Assembly (NCBI GenBank): GCA_052390055.1
Contig: JBQTHH010000062.1
Span: forward strand, 310-64,309
Length of the DNA stretch: 64,000 bases
Source of the DNA: Rhodoferax sp.
GTDB taxonomy: Bacteria > Pseudomonadota > Gammaproteobacteria > Burkholderiales > Burkholderiaceae_C
Reading direction: 5' to 3'
Shown here: piece by piece, positions 20,507-29,919 of the stretch
Position numbering within the stretch: the first letter of the stretch is position 1
Layout: every line of letters begins with the position of its first letter
Notes under the pieces: model-generated
Seen by the model: only the letters and a program-made list of their open reading frames with translations
Told to the model about the DNA's origin: nothing
The model's database searches: none
Translations under genes and position numbers: made by a program

Positions 20507-21458
20507 CGGGTCGGGTTCCTTTCGCCGTTTGTTGTTGCTGGAATGCGGCCAGCAGGCCGTCAAAAACGCTGCTGGCCGCTGTCAGCAATTGGTCGTCGTC
20601 GGCAATGGCCTCGCGCAAGCCCGCCAGCACGCTTTCCACGCCAGCCGCCTCGGCCGGCTGTACACCGCCCACATCCAGGTAATGGATGAGCTGCCCGAGG
20701 CGTGTCAGGGCCGGTTGTTTGAGCCTGAAGCTGCTTGCCAGGACCTCGAAGCTCACTTGGCTGCCCACATGGCTGAACATTGCGCCGTCGAAGTCAAAGC
20801 CCAGCGCTTCAGGTGGGCAGTCTTCGGGGCTGACCAGCCAGAGGAAGCGGGCCTTCGGATCAATGAAGCGCCGGATCAGCCAGGCACTCGCAAGGCGGTC
20901 TACCCATGGCCTGCATCGCGTGGCCCAAATACGCTGCTGGTATTGTTCTGCGTGCAATAGAGGGACTTCGCCGGTAACTGCGTGCGGCTCATCGGGTGAG
21001 AGGGCGTGTGCCGCCTCTTGCTCAAGATCGCGCAATGCCGCTTGCGCTTGGCGCTGCGGCTCCCCGGGGAAGAAATCGATCTCGCAGATCGCTGCATACG
21101 CCTTGCGCAGCTTGCGCGCCGCTTTGATCGTTTCCTGGGCGGTCTCGGCAGTCAGCGCCAACTGGGTCTGGTTCAGCTCCGCCAACAAGGCTGCGTAATC
21201 GCTGCCCCGGTCAAACAGTCCAGGGAAATCCGCACCCTGCGGCTCCTCTATGCGCAGCACAAGGGCGGTTCCGCCTCCGGCAATGACGTCCGTGGCAAGC
21301 CGATCGAGGGTTGCCCGGCACGACTCCCGTTCCGGCATCAGGTAGATACCGTCGCGCAGAACCGCCGCACCCGAGGATTTCAGGGCGCGCCATGCCCGCT
21401 GCCGGATGGTGGCGTTTTCGGTGGGAAGGCTGAGAACCAGCGCAAGCCAATGATTCAT
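20499..21458 (-). CDS. chrB: Chromate-responsive regulator ChrB
   Basis: WLALVLSLPTENATIRQRAWRALK, WATRCRPWVDRLASAWLIRRFID, LDVGG. Confidence 0.92.
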   Translation of the reverse strand: MNHWLALVLSLPTENATIRQRAWRALKSSGAAVLRDGIYLMPERESCRATLDRLATDVIAGGGTALVLRIEEPQGADFPGLFDRGSDYAALLAELNQTQLALTAETAQETIKAARKLRKAYAAICEIDFFPGEPQRQAQAALRDLEQEAAHALSPDEPHAVTGEVPLLHAEQYQQRIWATRCRPWVDRLASAWLIRRFIDPKARFLWLVSPEDCPPEALGFDFDGAMFSHVGSQVSFEVLASSFRLKQPALTRLGQLIHYLDVGGVQPAEAAGVESVLAGLREAIADDDQLLTAASSVFDGLLAAFQQQQTAKGTRPDE

Positions 21459-21467
21459 GAAGTGAAT

Positions 21468-21483
21468 TCTACATTTATGTAGA
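21468..21483. promoter_or_regulatory. Putative ChrB operator, perfect inverted repeat TCTACAT-TT-ATGTAGA
   Basis: 7-bp perfect arms about 10 bp upstream of the chrB ATG in an AT-rich segment. Confidence 0.6.
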
Positions 21484-21698
21484 TATAGTTAAAATATTTT
21501 TTGCACTTCGCTCTTGCTGAGCGGCTTCGCCGCGTACAAGCGCTGGAGTATCCCGTCTGGTCCTGGAGCCATTGAGCCAGGGGCGTTGCACATGCGAAAA
21601 TCCGCCTTTCGCGCTATTCGGGGTACCTGTGTTACGCCGTACGCGCTTTTCCGGCACCGCCCATTCCGTGGGGCGCGCCGTATCACGGAGTTTTTTGC

Positions 21699-22844
21699 AT
21701 GACCACCGTTCCTGAGCACCGTGGCGCTGTTGCGCGCCGCACTTTTCTTGCGCATTCCTGCGCCACTGCCGCCGCTGTCGCGGCCTTTCCCGCCCGCCAG
21801 GCCGCTGCCGTCTCCTCCGAGCCCGAACGCCGCTTTGCGCCCCAGCCGGGCGCCTGGAAGCGCTACGCGGTGAACACCCGGGTGGACATCGCGCAGGTGC
21901 AGGGCGATACCCAGCTTTGGATACCTCTGCCCAGCGTGGAGGGCACCTGGCAGCGCACCCTGCACACCCAGTACCAGACCAATGGGCGCGCGCGCGTGCT
22001 GCACGACGGCCTGTATGGCGCGGCGCTGCTGCATGTGCAGTTCGGGAGCGAGCCGCAGCCCTTTGTCGAACTCACGAGCGAGGTGCAGACGCAGGACCGC
22101 GCCCACGACTGGGATCGCCGTGGCGCAGCGGTGCCGGATCTGGAGCCTGCCCAGCGCGCTTTCTGGACCCGCCCCACGGCCCTGCTACCCACCGGCGGCA
22201 TCGTGCGTGCCACAGCGCGCGAGGTGACCCGGGGCGCCGCCTCCGACCTCGAGAAGGTGCAGGCCCTGTACCTGTGGATATTGGCCAATACCTTTCGCGA
22301 GCCCAAGGTGCGCGGCTGCGGCGAGGGGGACATTGCCAGCATGCTCGAAAGCGGCAACCTCGGGGGCAAATGCGCCGACATCAACGCCTTGTTCGTCGGT
22401 CTGTGCCGCTCCGTGGGGGTACCAGCGCGCGACGTGTACGGTCTGCGCCTGGCGCCCAGCGCCTTTGGCTACCGCGAACTGGGTGGCAACAACATGCAGG
22501 GCCTTCAGGGTGCGCAGCACTGCCGCAGCGAGGTGTTCGTGCGCGGCGCGGGCTGGGTGGCGATGGACCCGGCCGATGTGACCAAGGTGATGCGCCAGGA
22601 AACCGGGCAGTGGCTGCGCGACCCGCTGCACCCGCTGGTGGCTCCGGTGCGCCAGGCACTCTTCGGCGGTTGGGAGGGCAACTGGATGGCCTACAACATG
22701 GCCCACGATCTGCTGCTGCCCCAGGGTGGCAAGGAGCGCCTGCCCTTTCTGATGTACCCGGTGGCGCAGTCGGGCGGGCAGCGCCTGGATTCGTACGCTC
22801 CCGACACCTTCCGTTACCGCATCAGCGCCAGCGTGCTGGCCTGA
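21699..22844 (+). CDS. Tat-exported transglutaminase-like protein
   Basis: RRTFL Tat motif; GGKCADINALF (Cys), QHCRSE (His), AMDPAD (Asp) triad. Confidence 0.88.
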   Translation: MTTVPEHRGAVARRTFLAHSCATAAAVAAFPARQAAAVSSEPERRFAPQPGAWKRYAVNTRVDIAQVQGDTQLWIPLPSVEGTWQRTLHTQYQTNGRARVLHDGLYGAALLHVQFGSEPQPFVELTSEVQTQDRAHDWDRRGAAVPDLEPAQRAFWTRPTALLPTGGIVRATAREVTRGAASDLEKVQALYLWILANTFREPKVRGCGEGDIASMLESGNLGGKCADINALFVGLCRSVGVPARDVYGLRLAPSAFGYRELGGNNMQGLQGAQHCRSEVFVRGAGWVAMDPADVTKVMRQETGQWLRDPLHPLVAPVRQALFGGWEGNWMAYNMAHDLLLPQGGKERLPFLMYPVAQSGGQRLDSYAPDTFRYRISASVLA

Positions 22845-22868
22845 TGGGGGTCGGCGGGCGGGGCACCT

Positions 22869-24632
22869 TCAGTCAAAACGGATGTGTCCTCGCGCGGCTT
22901 GTGCGCCCAGGTGCTCGAACACCAGGGCCTGGCGGAATTCGTCCAGCGGCTTGACCCGGGGCTGCGGCCCGGCGTTGGCGTGCCATTGCAGCCGTGCGCC
23001 CTTGCGCGGCAGGGTCACGAACACCGTCAGCCCTGCCACCGGGCGCTCGGCCTGAATCTGCACGTCGATGCCGCCCGCACGCGGGCTCTGGCGCACCTGC
23101 ACCTTGGCGCGGTCGCGCCACCACTGGGTGATGGCATCGCCCCGGGCCACCCACATGCGGTTGGCTACGGCGGCTACCTTCTCCAGGTAGGCGGGCATGG
23201 TGCGCTGCATGATGGCGCCGTCCACGTAGTACTGCGAGTGCACCGACAGCAGGCTGAAAGCGCCGCTGCGCAGGTTCAGGTCCAGATCAAAGGCGAGCAC
23301 ACGGCTGATCATGTCCACCGGCAGGCGCAGGTAGGTGAAGTTGACGTCGTCCCACTGGGTGCGTGGCAGTACCACCAGTGCAGCATCGCTGTCCACACCG
23401 GTTTCGGCAATGGAAAAGAAGGGCAGCCGGTCGTCATTCGCGGCCGGGTCGGCCGCGTGGTGGCGCAACCCATGCTTGCGCAGCAGGGTTTCGGTGGTGT
23501 CGTCGTAGGACTCGGTGGGCGCCCGAAACCCTGTGGACAGGCCCGCCTTGTCGCCGACGATGGAGCGCATCTGCTCGATCATGAACTGGATGCGCAGTTC
23601 CTGCTCTGCCAGGGGCAGGCGCTTGAAACCGAAATGCACGTCGGCGTGGTAGGCCACCTCGTGCCCGCGCTGCAGCAGCTCCAGCACGGTCTGGGGGTGT
23701 TTGACGGCCTCGGAGGTGAGGCTGTAGAAGGTGCCGCGAAAACCGTGGCGCTCCAGATCGCGGGCCAGGGTGGTGGCCGAGAAGAACTTGTCTTCGGTGT
23801 CCATCTCGATCAGGTGCGCGGCCTGGTAAGCCTGCGGCCAGGCGGCCTTGAAGGCCTGGGGCTGGCGGCGCAGCCAGGCGATGCTGGCGTCGAGCAGCGC
23901 CACCAGGCTGGGGTGGGTCTTGCTCGGCCAGGCGAATTCGGACAGGCCCAGGTAGGCCAGGCGGTGGGTGCTGGTTTCATCGTAGGCCAGGATGCCGTGG
24001 GGCATCTGGTCCTGCGAGCGCTCCCAGCCCAGCACCACGGCAGCCAGGTGCGGGGCTTGCACGCGGATCGCATCGGCGGGGTTGTCGATCACGTCCATGC
24101 GCCGCCCGGCGGGCACGGTCCAGCTCAAGGGGCCGTCGCCAAAGGGCAGTACGAACAGGCCGCCCCCGGCCTCGAACGGGCCGTGGGTGGTGATGCGCCA
24201 GGTCTGGTGCAGAAAGCCCAGCCCGGTGTCGCGCCCACGTTCGTCGCGCGAGCCGGTCAGTCCGGTGGCCAGCAGGCCCACACCGCGCTGCGCCAGCTGC
24301 TGGATGGCACGGCGCTCCTGGGCGTCCAGCGCCACCACGCTGGGCAGGATCAGCACCTGGGCGTGGGCGGGCAGGGCCAGCAGCTCGTCGCGGCCGATTT
24401 CGCGCGCCTGGGCGCCGTAGCGGCGCAGGTGCTTGCGCCACTGCTGCAGCACGTCGGTGTAAGCGCGCTTGGGGTCGGTCATGAGCCGTTCGGTGTGGGC
24501 GCTGGCGTACAGGAGCACGCTGTCGGCGCCGGTCTGCGCCCGGGCGGTGGACGGGGCAATGCCCCAGTACAGGGCCAGGACCAGAAGAAGCATGGGCAAG
24601 CGCCAGCGGTGGCGGAAGGGAGCGGGCTTCAT
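22869..24632 (-). CDS. Secreted polysaccharide deacetylase (CE4/NodB-like) with N-terminal GATase-like domain
   Basis: Signal peptide ending ARA-Q; EMDTED, FRGTFY, GHEVAYHADVH, GFRAPTESY, LLSVH motifs. Confidence 0.8.
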   Translation of the reverse strand: MKPAPFRHRWRLPMLLLVLALYWGIAPSTARAQTGADSVLLYASAHTERLMTDPKRAYTDVLQQWRKHLRRYGAQAREIGRDELLALPAHAQVLILPSVVALDAQERRAIQQLAQRGVGLLATGLTGSRDERGRDTGLGFLHQTWRITTHGPFEAGGGLFVLPFGDGPLSWTVPAGRRMDVIDNPADAIRVQAPHLAAVVLGWERSQDQMPHGILAYDETSTHRLAYLGLSEFAWPSKTHPSLVALLDASIAWLRRQPQAFKAAWPQAYQAAHLIEMDTEDKFFSATTLARDLERHGFRGTFYSLTSEAVKHPQTVLELLQRGHEVAYHADVHFGFKRLPLAEQELRIQFMIEQMRSIVGDKAGLSTGFRAPTESYDDTTETLLRKHGLRHHAADPAANDDRLPFFSIAETGVDSDAALVVLPRTQWDDVNFTYLRLPVDMISRVLAFDLDLNLRSGAFSLLSVHSQYYVDGAIMQRTMPAYLEKVAAVANRMWVARGDAITQWWRDRAKVQVRQSPRAGGIDVQIQAERPVAGLTVFVTLPRKGARLQWHANAGPQPRVKPLDEFRQALVFEHLGAQAARGHIRFD

Positions 24633-24666
24633 GGATGCGGCGGTCGGGCAGTTGGCGGCGGATGGG

Positions 24667-26565
24667 TCAGGGGTTCTGGCTGCGGTCTGTGATGGAGATG
24701 CGCACGCGGGTGTCGCCCTGGGGCAGGTTGCGCAGCAGGACCACGCTGCGCCAAGCATCGATGCGGGCCACGCTGGCCCCGGCGGGGCTGTGCGCGGCAT
24801 CCAGACCCAGCCGTGCGGTGGACGAGGGCATGGCCACGATGACGGGCACCACGGTGTCGGGGGCCACGGCTTCGCGGCTGCGCACCACCAGGATGGGCCG
24901 GTCTTCGTCGTCGTAGTCGAACCAGGCCCGCTGCACCTTGCTGCGCTGGCGCCACCAGTGGGCAACCTCGGCCGAAGAGGCCAGCCACTGGCTGCGGTTC
25001 TTGCGGCTGCGTTCAGTCAGCGTCTCGAGCTGCGCCGGGCTGAGCTTGTGCGGTAGCGACAGGCGCACCACCGACAGCGCCGCTGCGCGCTGGACCAGTT
25101 CCCATTCGTCCAGCCACTGCGCCAGCGTGGGTTGCTGGGCGGCGGCATCATCCAGCGCGGTGAGGGTGACAGGCAGCCCCACGGCAGTGCTGCTGCCTCC
25201 ACTCCACGCCACGGGAAAGGGCAGGCGGGCTTCGTCGGCGTCGATGCTCAGCAGCAGGTGGTCCAAGGCGGGCTGGGTCGGGCCGGGGTCGGGGAACCTG
25301 CCCTGCGGCGACCAGGCGCGCACCTGGGTGGGGGCGATGGCGGTCTTGCGCTGGCCGTGCGTCAGCGCGGGCATGCCGGGAGGGACGGTGCCGGCCGGAA
25401 CGGTCCAGCCCAGGCCCCAGCCGCGCTGTTGCTGCGCCTTCCAGTCGTCCTGCAGCGGGGGCGGGAGCAGGGCTTCGGCCCGCCCCAGGGGCGAAAACAC
25501 GCTCAAGCTGGCGCCCAGGGCGTCGGCCAGCGTGCCGGCCTCTCGTGCCGGTGTAGCGCCGACATCGCCATGGAGGGCCAGCACATTGGCACTGCGGTAG
25601 GGGTGGGGCCACAGGGCCACATAAGCCTGGGGGCGGCGCAGCAGCCAGTGCACGACGTCGGTGTGCAGGGTACTGAGTTCGCCCGTGTCCATGCGTTGCC
25701 AGCTTTGCTCGGCGTAGCCCAAGGCGACCAGGCGCGAGCTTTTGAGGTCCGAGGCTTCGCGCTCATTGAATGCGATCACGGTGCCTGCCGGGGCGGCGGC
25801 GGTGTGGCTGCGGCCCCAGTCGCTCATCACGGCGGCAGCCTGGCTGCCCTGCAGGCGCCGGGTGGGCAGCCTGGCGATGGATTCGGTGATGATGCGCAGG
25901 CCCGCGGGCAGGCGCCACAGTACGGGGCCATCGCCAAACGGGTAGAGGTAGCGTTGGTCGGCGCTGAAGGCCGGGGTGTCCAGGGGGCGTATGCCCAGCA
26001 CCGACTCCATGAAGCCGGTGCCCGCGGGTTTGCCGCTTTCGTCGTAGGTGCCGGTTTCCCAGGTCGAGAGAATGGCGCCGCCGCGCTCGCGCCAGCGGGC
26101 GATGGCTTGGCGCTCGGCCTGTGACAGGCGTGCCGTCTGGGGCAGGATCAGCAGGCGTGCGCGCTCGGCCTGGTCGAGGTCGTCGGGGCTGCTGGCGCGG
26201 TTGAAGCGCAGGGAGTGTGCGCGCAGCAGGTTCTCCCACAGGCGCGTGCCGGTGGCGGGGTCCATGCCCCATTGCATCAGCTGGCGTTGCGAGGCCGCCG
26301 AGGTGTAGAGCAGGATGGCGGCGTGCGGGTCGGTGCGGACGGCGCTGGCGCGTGCCAGCATTTTCTTGGAGGGGACGTTGGGCAGCGCCTCCAGTACCAA
26401 GGGGAGGGGGGCTTCGGCAGCGGGCGGGCCAAAGGTTCCCTCGGGAACAATGGCGGCGCCTGCAGGCCGTGTTTGTGCGGCGCTGCGCTGTGTGGGCACA
26501 TCGGTGCCGCAGGCCGCCAGCAGCGCGGCCATCACGGCGATCGACCCTATGGCCTTGCGGCCCAT
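24667..26565 (-). CDS. Lipoprotein paralog of the adjacent deacetylase, degenerate catalytic domain
   Basis: Lipobox LAAC; colinear with neighbor (LLILPQTARLSQAERQAI vs VLILPSVVALDAQERRAI; WLLRRPQAYVALWP vs WLRRQPQAFKAAWP); start uncertain. Confidence 0.72.
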   Translation of the reverse strand: MGRKAIGSIAVMAALLAACGTDVPTQRSAAQTRPAGAAIVPEGTFGPPAAEAPLPLVLEALPNVPSKKMLARASAVRTDPHAAILLYTSAASQRQLMQWGMDPATGTRLWENLLRAHSLRFNRASSPDDLDQAERARLLILPQTARLSQAERQAIARWRERGGAILSTWETGTYDESGKPAGTGFMESVLGIRPLDTPAFSADQRYLYPFGDGPVLWRLPAGLRIITESIARLPTRRLQGSQAAAVMSDWGRSHTAAAPAGTVIAFNEREASDLKSSRLVALGYAEQSWQRMDTGELSTLHTDVVHWLLRRPQAYVALWPHPYRSANVLALHGDVGATPAREAGTLADALGASLSVFSPLGRAEALLPPPLQDDWKAQQQRGWGLGWTVPAGTVPPGMPALTHGQRKTAIAPTQVRAWSPQGRFPDPGPTQPALDHLLLSIDADEARLPFPVAWSGGSSTAVGLPVTLTALDDAAAQQPTLAQWLDEWELVQRAAALSVVRLSLPHKLSPAQLETLTERSRKNRSQWLASSAEVAHWWRQRSKVQRAWFDYDDEDRPILVVRSREAVAPDTVVPVIVAMPSSTARLGLDAAHSPAGASVARIDAWRSVVLLRNLPQGDTRVRISITDRSQNP

Positions 26566-26650
26566 GATTGTGTGGTGGCGTTCTCTCATCCCCTGCATGG
26601 CACGTATTTTCCTTGGCACGTGCTTGTGAGCGGCCTATTGTCGCAAGGCT

Positions 26651-26872
26651 TCAGTAGTGGGGTGGTATTTCGTCACGAAGACTGCGAAAAGTACTCGGGT
26701 TCGACTGGCGTTGCTGGTAGGTGAACTGCTCCAACTGGGCCTGCAGCCGGTCGATGCGCGCTGCCTGTGCGATCACCACGTTGTCGAGCTGGTCGAGCTG
26801 GTGCTCCAGGTAGCTGATCTTGATCTCCAGTTCGGTGACGCGCTCGGGCTCGAAATAGTGCTTGGGTGTCAT
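26651..26872 (-). CDS. slyX: SlyX family protein
   Basis: ERVTELEIKISYLEHQLDQLD...DEIPPHY. Confidence 0.9.
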   Translation of the reverse strand: MTPKHYFEPERVTELEIKISYLEHQLDQLDNVVIAQAARIDRLQAQLEQFTYQQRQSNPSTFRSLRDEIPPHY

Positions 26873-26936
26873 GTGCGAGTGATCCTAGAATGCTTTCAAC
26901 CGTGCCAGCGCTTGTTCAAGGCCTAAGGAGTGCTCC

Positions 26937-27179
26937 ATGCCCACCCCACCTGTCGAGCCGGAACGCCGTGTCAATCCGGAGCTGCGGGCCCGGTTTGAGG
27001 CCGTGTTTGTTTTTCTTCAGCCCTATTTTGCATCCCAGGAATCCTGGGGGGGCATGTCGCACGAGCACCTGGCCTACCGGGCGCTGAAGGAGCGGTTTCC
27101 GGAATTGAGCGCGCAGGAATGCTTCATCGCCATCACGGCAGCCAAACGCCTGCACGACAGCAGCCAGCGCCCGCGCTGA
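26937..27179 (+). CDS. Hypothetical protein, 80 aa
   Basis: AAGGAG Shine-Dalgarno upstream, terminator directly downstream. Confidence 0.65.
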   Translation: MPTPPVEPERRVNPELRARFEAVFVFLQPYFASQESWGGMSHEHLAYRALKERFPELSAQECFIAITAAKRLHDSSQRPR

Positions 27180-27181
27180 AA

Positions 27182-27205
27182 AAAAGCCGCATGGGAGCGG
27201 CTTTT
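27182..27205. terminator. Bidirectional intrinsic terminator
   Basis: AAAAGCCGC-ATGGGA-GCGGCTTTT between convergent genes. Confidence 0.75.
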
Positions 27206-27236
27206 GCTGTTCCACGGGTGCGTGGGTCGGGCGGGT

Positions 27237-28025
27237 TCAGGCCTGGTCCACCACGGCCACGGCCGAGTTGCTCACGCCGCAGTCCACATAGGCGATCTGG
27301 CCAGTCATGCCGGAGGACAGGTCGCTGAACAGGAAGGCGGCCACGTTGCCCACTTCCTCGATGGTGACGTTGCGTTTGAGCGCCGAGGCGCTGGCCGAGA
27401 TGGAGAGCAACTTGCCAAAGTCCTTGATACCGCTGGCGGCCAGGGTCTTGATGGCGCCGGCGCTGATGCCGTTGACGCGGATGCCCTTTTCGCCCACGGC
27501 GTCGGCCAGGTAGCGCACCGAGGCTTCGAGCGAGGCCTTGGCCAGGCCCATGGTGTTGTAGCTGGGCACTACGCGCACCGCGCCGAGGTAGCTCAGGGTC
27601 AGCAGCGAGGCGTTGGGGGTGAGGTAGGGCAGGGCGGCCTTGGCCATGGCCGGGAAGCTGTAGGCGCTGATGTCGTGGGCGATGCGGTAGTTCTCGCGTG
27701 TCAGGCCGTCCAGAAAGTTGCCGGCAATCGACTCGCGCGGCGCGTAGCCGATGCTGTGCACGAAGCCGTCGAACGTGGGCCAGTGTTGGGAGAGGTCGGC
27801 AAACAGCTTGGCGATCTGCTCGTCGCTGCCCACGTCGCAGTCGAACACCAGTGAGGAGCCGAACTCGGCGGCGAACTCGGTAATGCGGTCTTTGAAGCGC
27901 TCGCCCACGTAGCTGAAGGCCAGCTCGGCGCCTTGCGCGTGGCAGGCCTTGGCGATGCCGTAGGCGATGGAGCGGTTGGACAAGACGCCCGTGATCAAAA
28001 ACTTCTTACCTGTCAGAAAACCCAT
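27237..28025 (-). CDS. fabI: Enoyl-ACP reductase (NADH)
   Basis: ITGVLSNRSIAYGIA, YNTMGLAKASLE, GAIKTLAASGI. Confidence 0.97.
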   Translation of the reverse strand: MGFLTGKKFLITGVLSNRSIAYGIAKACHAQGAELAFSYVGERFKDRITEFAAEFGSSLVFDCDVGSDEQIAKLFADLSQHWPTFDGFVHSIGYAPRESIAGNFLDGLTRENYRIAHDISAYSFPAMAKAALPYLTPNASLLTLSYLGAVRVVPSYNTMGLAKASLEASVRYLADAVGEKGIRVNGISAGAIKTLAASGIKDFGKLLSISASASALKRNVTIEEVGNVAAFLFSDLSSGMTGQIAYVDCGVSNSAVAVVDQA

Positions 28026-28113
28026 AGTGTCCTCATAGAAATACGTTGTGCCAGAGCCCGCGGCGCTGCGCGCCGACCCCGCAGGGGCGGGCCCGCTGGT
28101 GCAGAATTGTCGC

Positions 28114-29919
28114 ATGCGCGCTTTGTGGTCTTTGCTCCTGCTGTGCAGCCCTGCGGTCTGGGCGGCCCACGGCTACGCCCTGTGGGGCGACCTGAAGTAC
28201 CCTGACGGTTTTGCCCACTTCGCCTACGTCAACCCCCGGGCCCCCAAGGGCGGCGAGCTGCGCATGGTGAGCAACCTGCGCACCTCCACCTACGACAAGT
28301 TCAACCCCTTCACCGTCAAGGGCAGCGCCCCGGCTTACCTGGCGGGTCTGGTGTTCGATACCTTGCTGGCCGGTTCGGGCGATGAAACCGCCGCCGCTTA
28401 CGGGTTGCTGGCCGAAGATGTGAGCGTGGCGGGCGATGGCCTGTCGGTGCGCTTTCGCCTGCGGGCGCAGGCGCGTTTCCACAATGGCGATGCGGTGCTG
28501 GCCAAGGACGTGCAGCACAGCTACGCCATGCTGGTGAGCGAACACGCATCGCCCGGCTACCGCACCTTGCTGGAGGACGTGGCCGGGGTGGACGTGCTGG
28601 GCCCGCGCGAAGTGCGCTTTCGCTTCAAGAAGCCCAACCGCGAGCTGCCGCTCACCGTGGGCGCTCTGCCCATCTTCAGCCAGCGCTGGGGGCAGGAGGG
28701 CGGCAAGGCCAAGCCCTTCAACGAGGTGGTGATGGACATCCCCATCGGCTCGGGGCCCTACCGCATCGGGCCCACGCGCTTTGGCAAGGACATTACCTAC
28801 GTGCGCGACCCGCTCTACTGGGCGCGCGACCTCAATGTGCGGGTGGGGCAGTTCAACTTCGAGCGCATCACGGTCAAGATCTACAAAGACAACACCGCGC
28901 GGCTGGAGGCGCTCAAGGCCGGGGAATTCGACCTGATGCGTTTTTTTTCTGCGGGTGACTGGGCGCGCCGCGTCAATGGGCGCAAATTCGACAGCGGCGA
29001 ATTGGTCAAGGCCGAGCTGCGCCACGGCCTGCCCAGCGGCTTCCAGAGCTATGTGCTCAACACGCGGCGCAAGCCGCTGGACGACATCCGTGTGCGGCAG
29101 GCGCTGGCCCTGGCACTGGACTTCGAGTGGATGAACCGCCAACTGTTCTACAGCGCCTACCAGCGTGTGCAAGGCATTTTTGGCAATACCGAATGCCAGG
29201 CCCAGGGCGAGCCCGGGGCCGACGAACTGGCCCTGTTGCAGCCCTGGCGCAGCCACCTGCCCGCATCGGTATTCGGCCCCATGGCCACGCCGGCGCGCAC
29301 CGATGGCGGCGGCAGCCTGCGCGCCAACCTGCGCCAGGCCCAGGCCCTGCTCAAAGAGGCGGGCTGGGAGTGGCGTGACGGCGCCTTGCGCAACGCCCAG
29401 GGCCAGCCACTGCGCCTGGAGTACCTGGACAGCAACGAAACCGGCGCGCGCGTGGTCACGCCCTGGGCGCGCAACCTGGAAAAGCTCGGGGTGGAGCTGG
29501 TTTTTCGGCCGGTCGACTTCGCCCTGTACCAGCAGCGGCTGCAGAAGTTCGAGTTCGACATCACCAGCATTGCCTACCAGGGCACGCACAACCCGGGCCA
29601 GGAGATGGCCGACCTGTTCGGCTCCAAAGCCGCCACACAGGAAGACTCGGGCAACTTTGCTGGCGTACAGAACCCGGCGGTGGACGCACTCATTGCACGC
29701 ATCGTGCAGGCGCGCAGCAAGCCCGAGCTGCTGCCGGCCTGCCATGCGCTGGACCGGGTCATCACCCATGGCCACTACCTGGTGCCGCAGTGGTCCGCGC
29801 CCACCCACCGGGTGGCCTACAACGCCTGGCGCCTGCAGCCCCCCGCCGCCATGCCGCCCTTTGCCCAGCCCGAGGGCTGGGCCATGGAAACCTGGTGGGC
29901 GGGCAAGGAGAACCGCTGA
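28114..29919 (+). CDS. yejA: ABC transporter substrate-binding protein (YejA-like, family 5)
   Basis: FAHFAYVNPRAPKGG, DETAAAYGLLAE, ARFHNG, GSGPY. Confidence 0.88.
   Translation: MRALWSLLLLCSPAVWAAHGYALWGDLKYPDGFAHFAYVNPRAPKGGELRMVSNLRTSTYDKFNPFTVKGSAPAYLAGLVFDTLLAGSGDETAAAYGLLAEDVSVAGDGLSVRFRLRAQARFHNGDAVLAKDVQHSYAMLVSEHASPGYRTLLEDVAGVDVLGPREVRFRFKKPNRELPLTVGALPIFSQRWGQEGGKAKPFNEVVMDIPIGSGPYRIGPTRFGKDITYVRDPLYWARDLNVRVGQFNFERITVKIYKDNTARLEALKAGEFDLMRFFSAGDWARRVNGRKFDSGELVKAELRHGLPSGFQSYVLNTRRKPLDDIRVRQALALALDFEWMNRQLFYSAYQRVQGIFGNTECQAQGEPGADELALLQPWRSHLPASVFGPMATPARTDGGGSLRANLRQAQALLKEAGWEWRDGALRNAQGQPLRLEYLDSNETGARVVTPWARNLEKLGVELVFRPVDFALYQQRLQKFEFDITSIAYQGTHNPGQEMADLFGSKAATQEDSGNFAGVQNPAVDALIARIVQARSKPELLPACHALDRVITHGHYLVPQWSAPTHRVAYNAWRLQPPAAMPPFAQPEGWAMETWWAGKENR

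Noticed and set aside
17452-21698. Transposon ends or target-site duplication around the chr cluster
   Set aside because: No matching terminal inverted or direct repeats found by eye in either flank, and no transposase.
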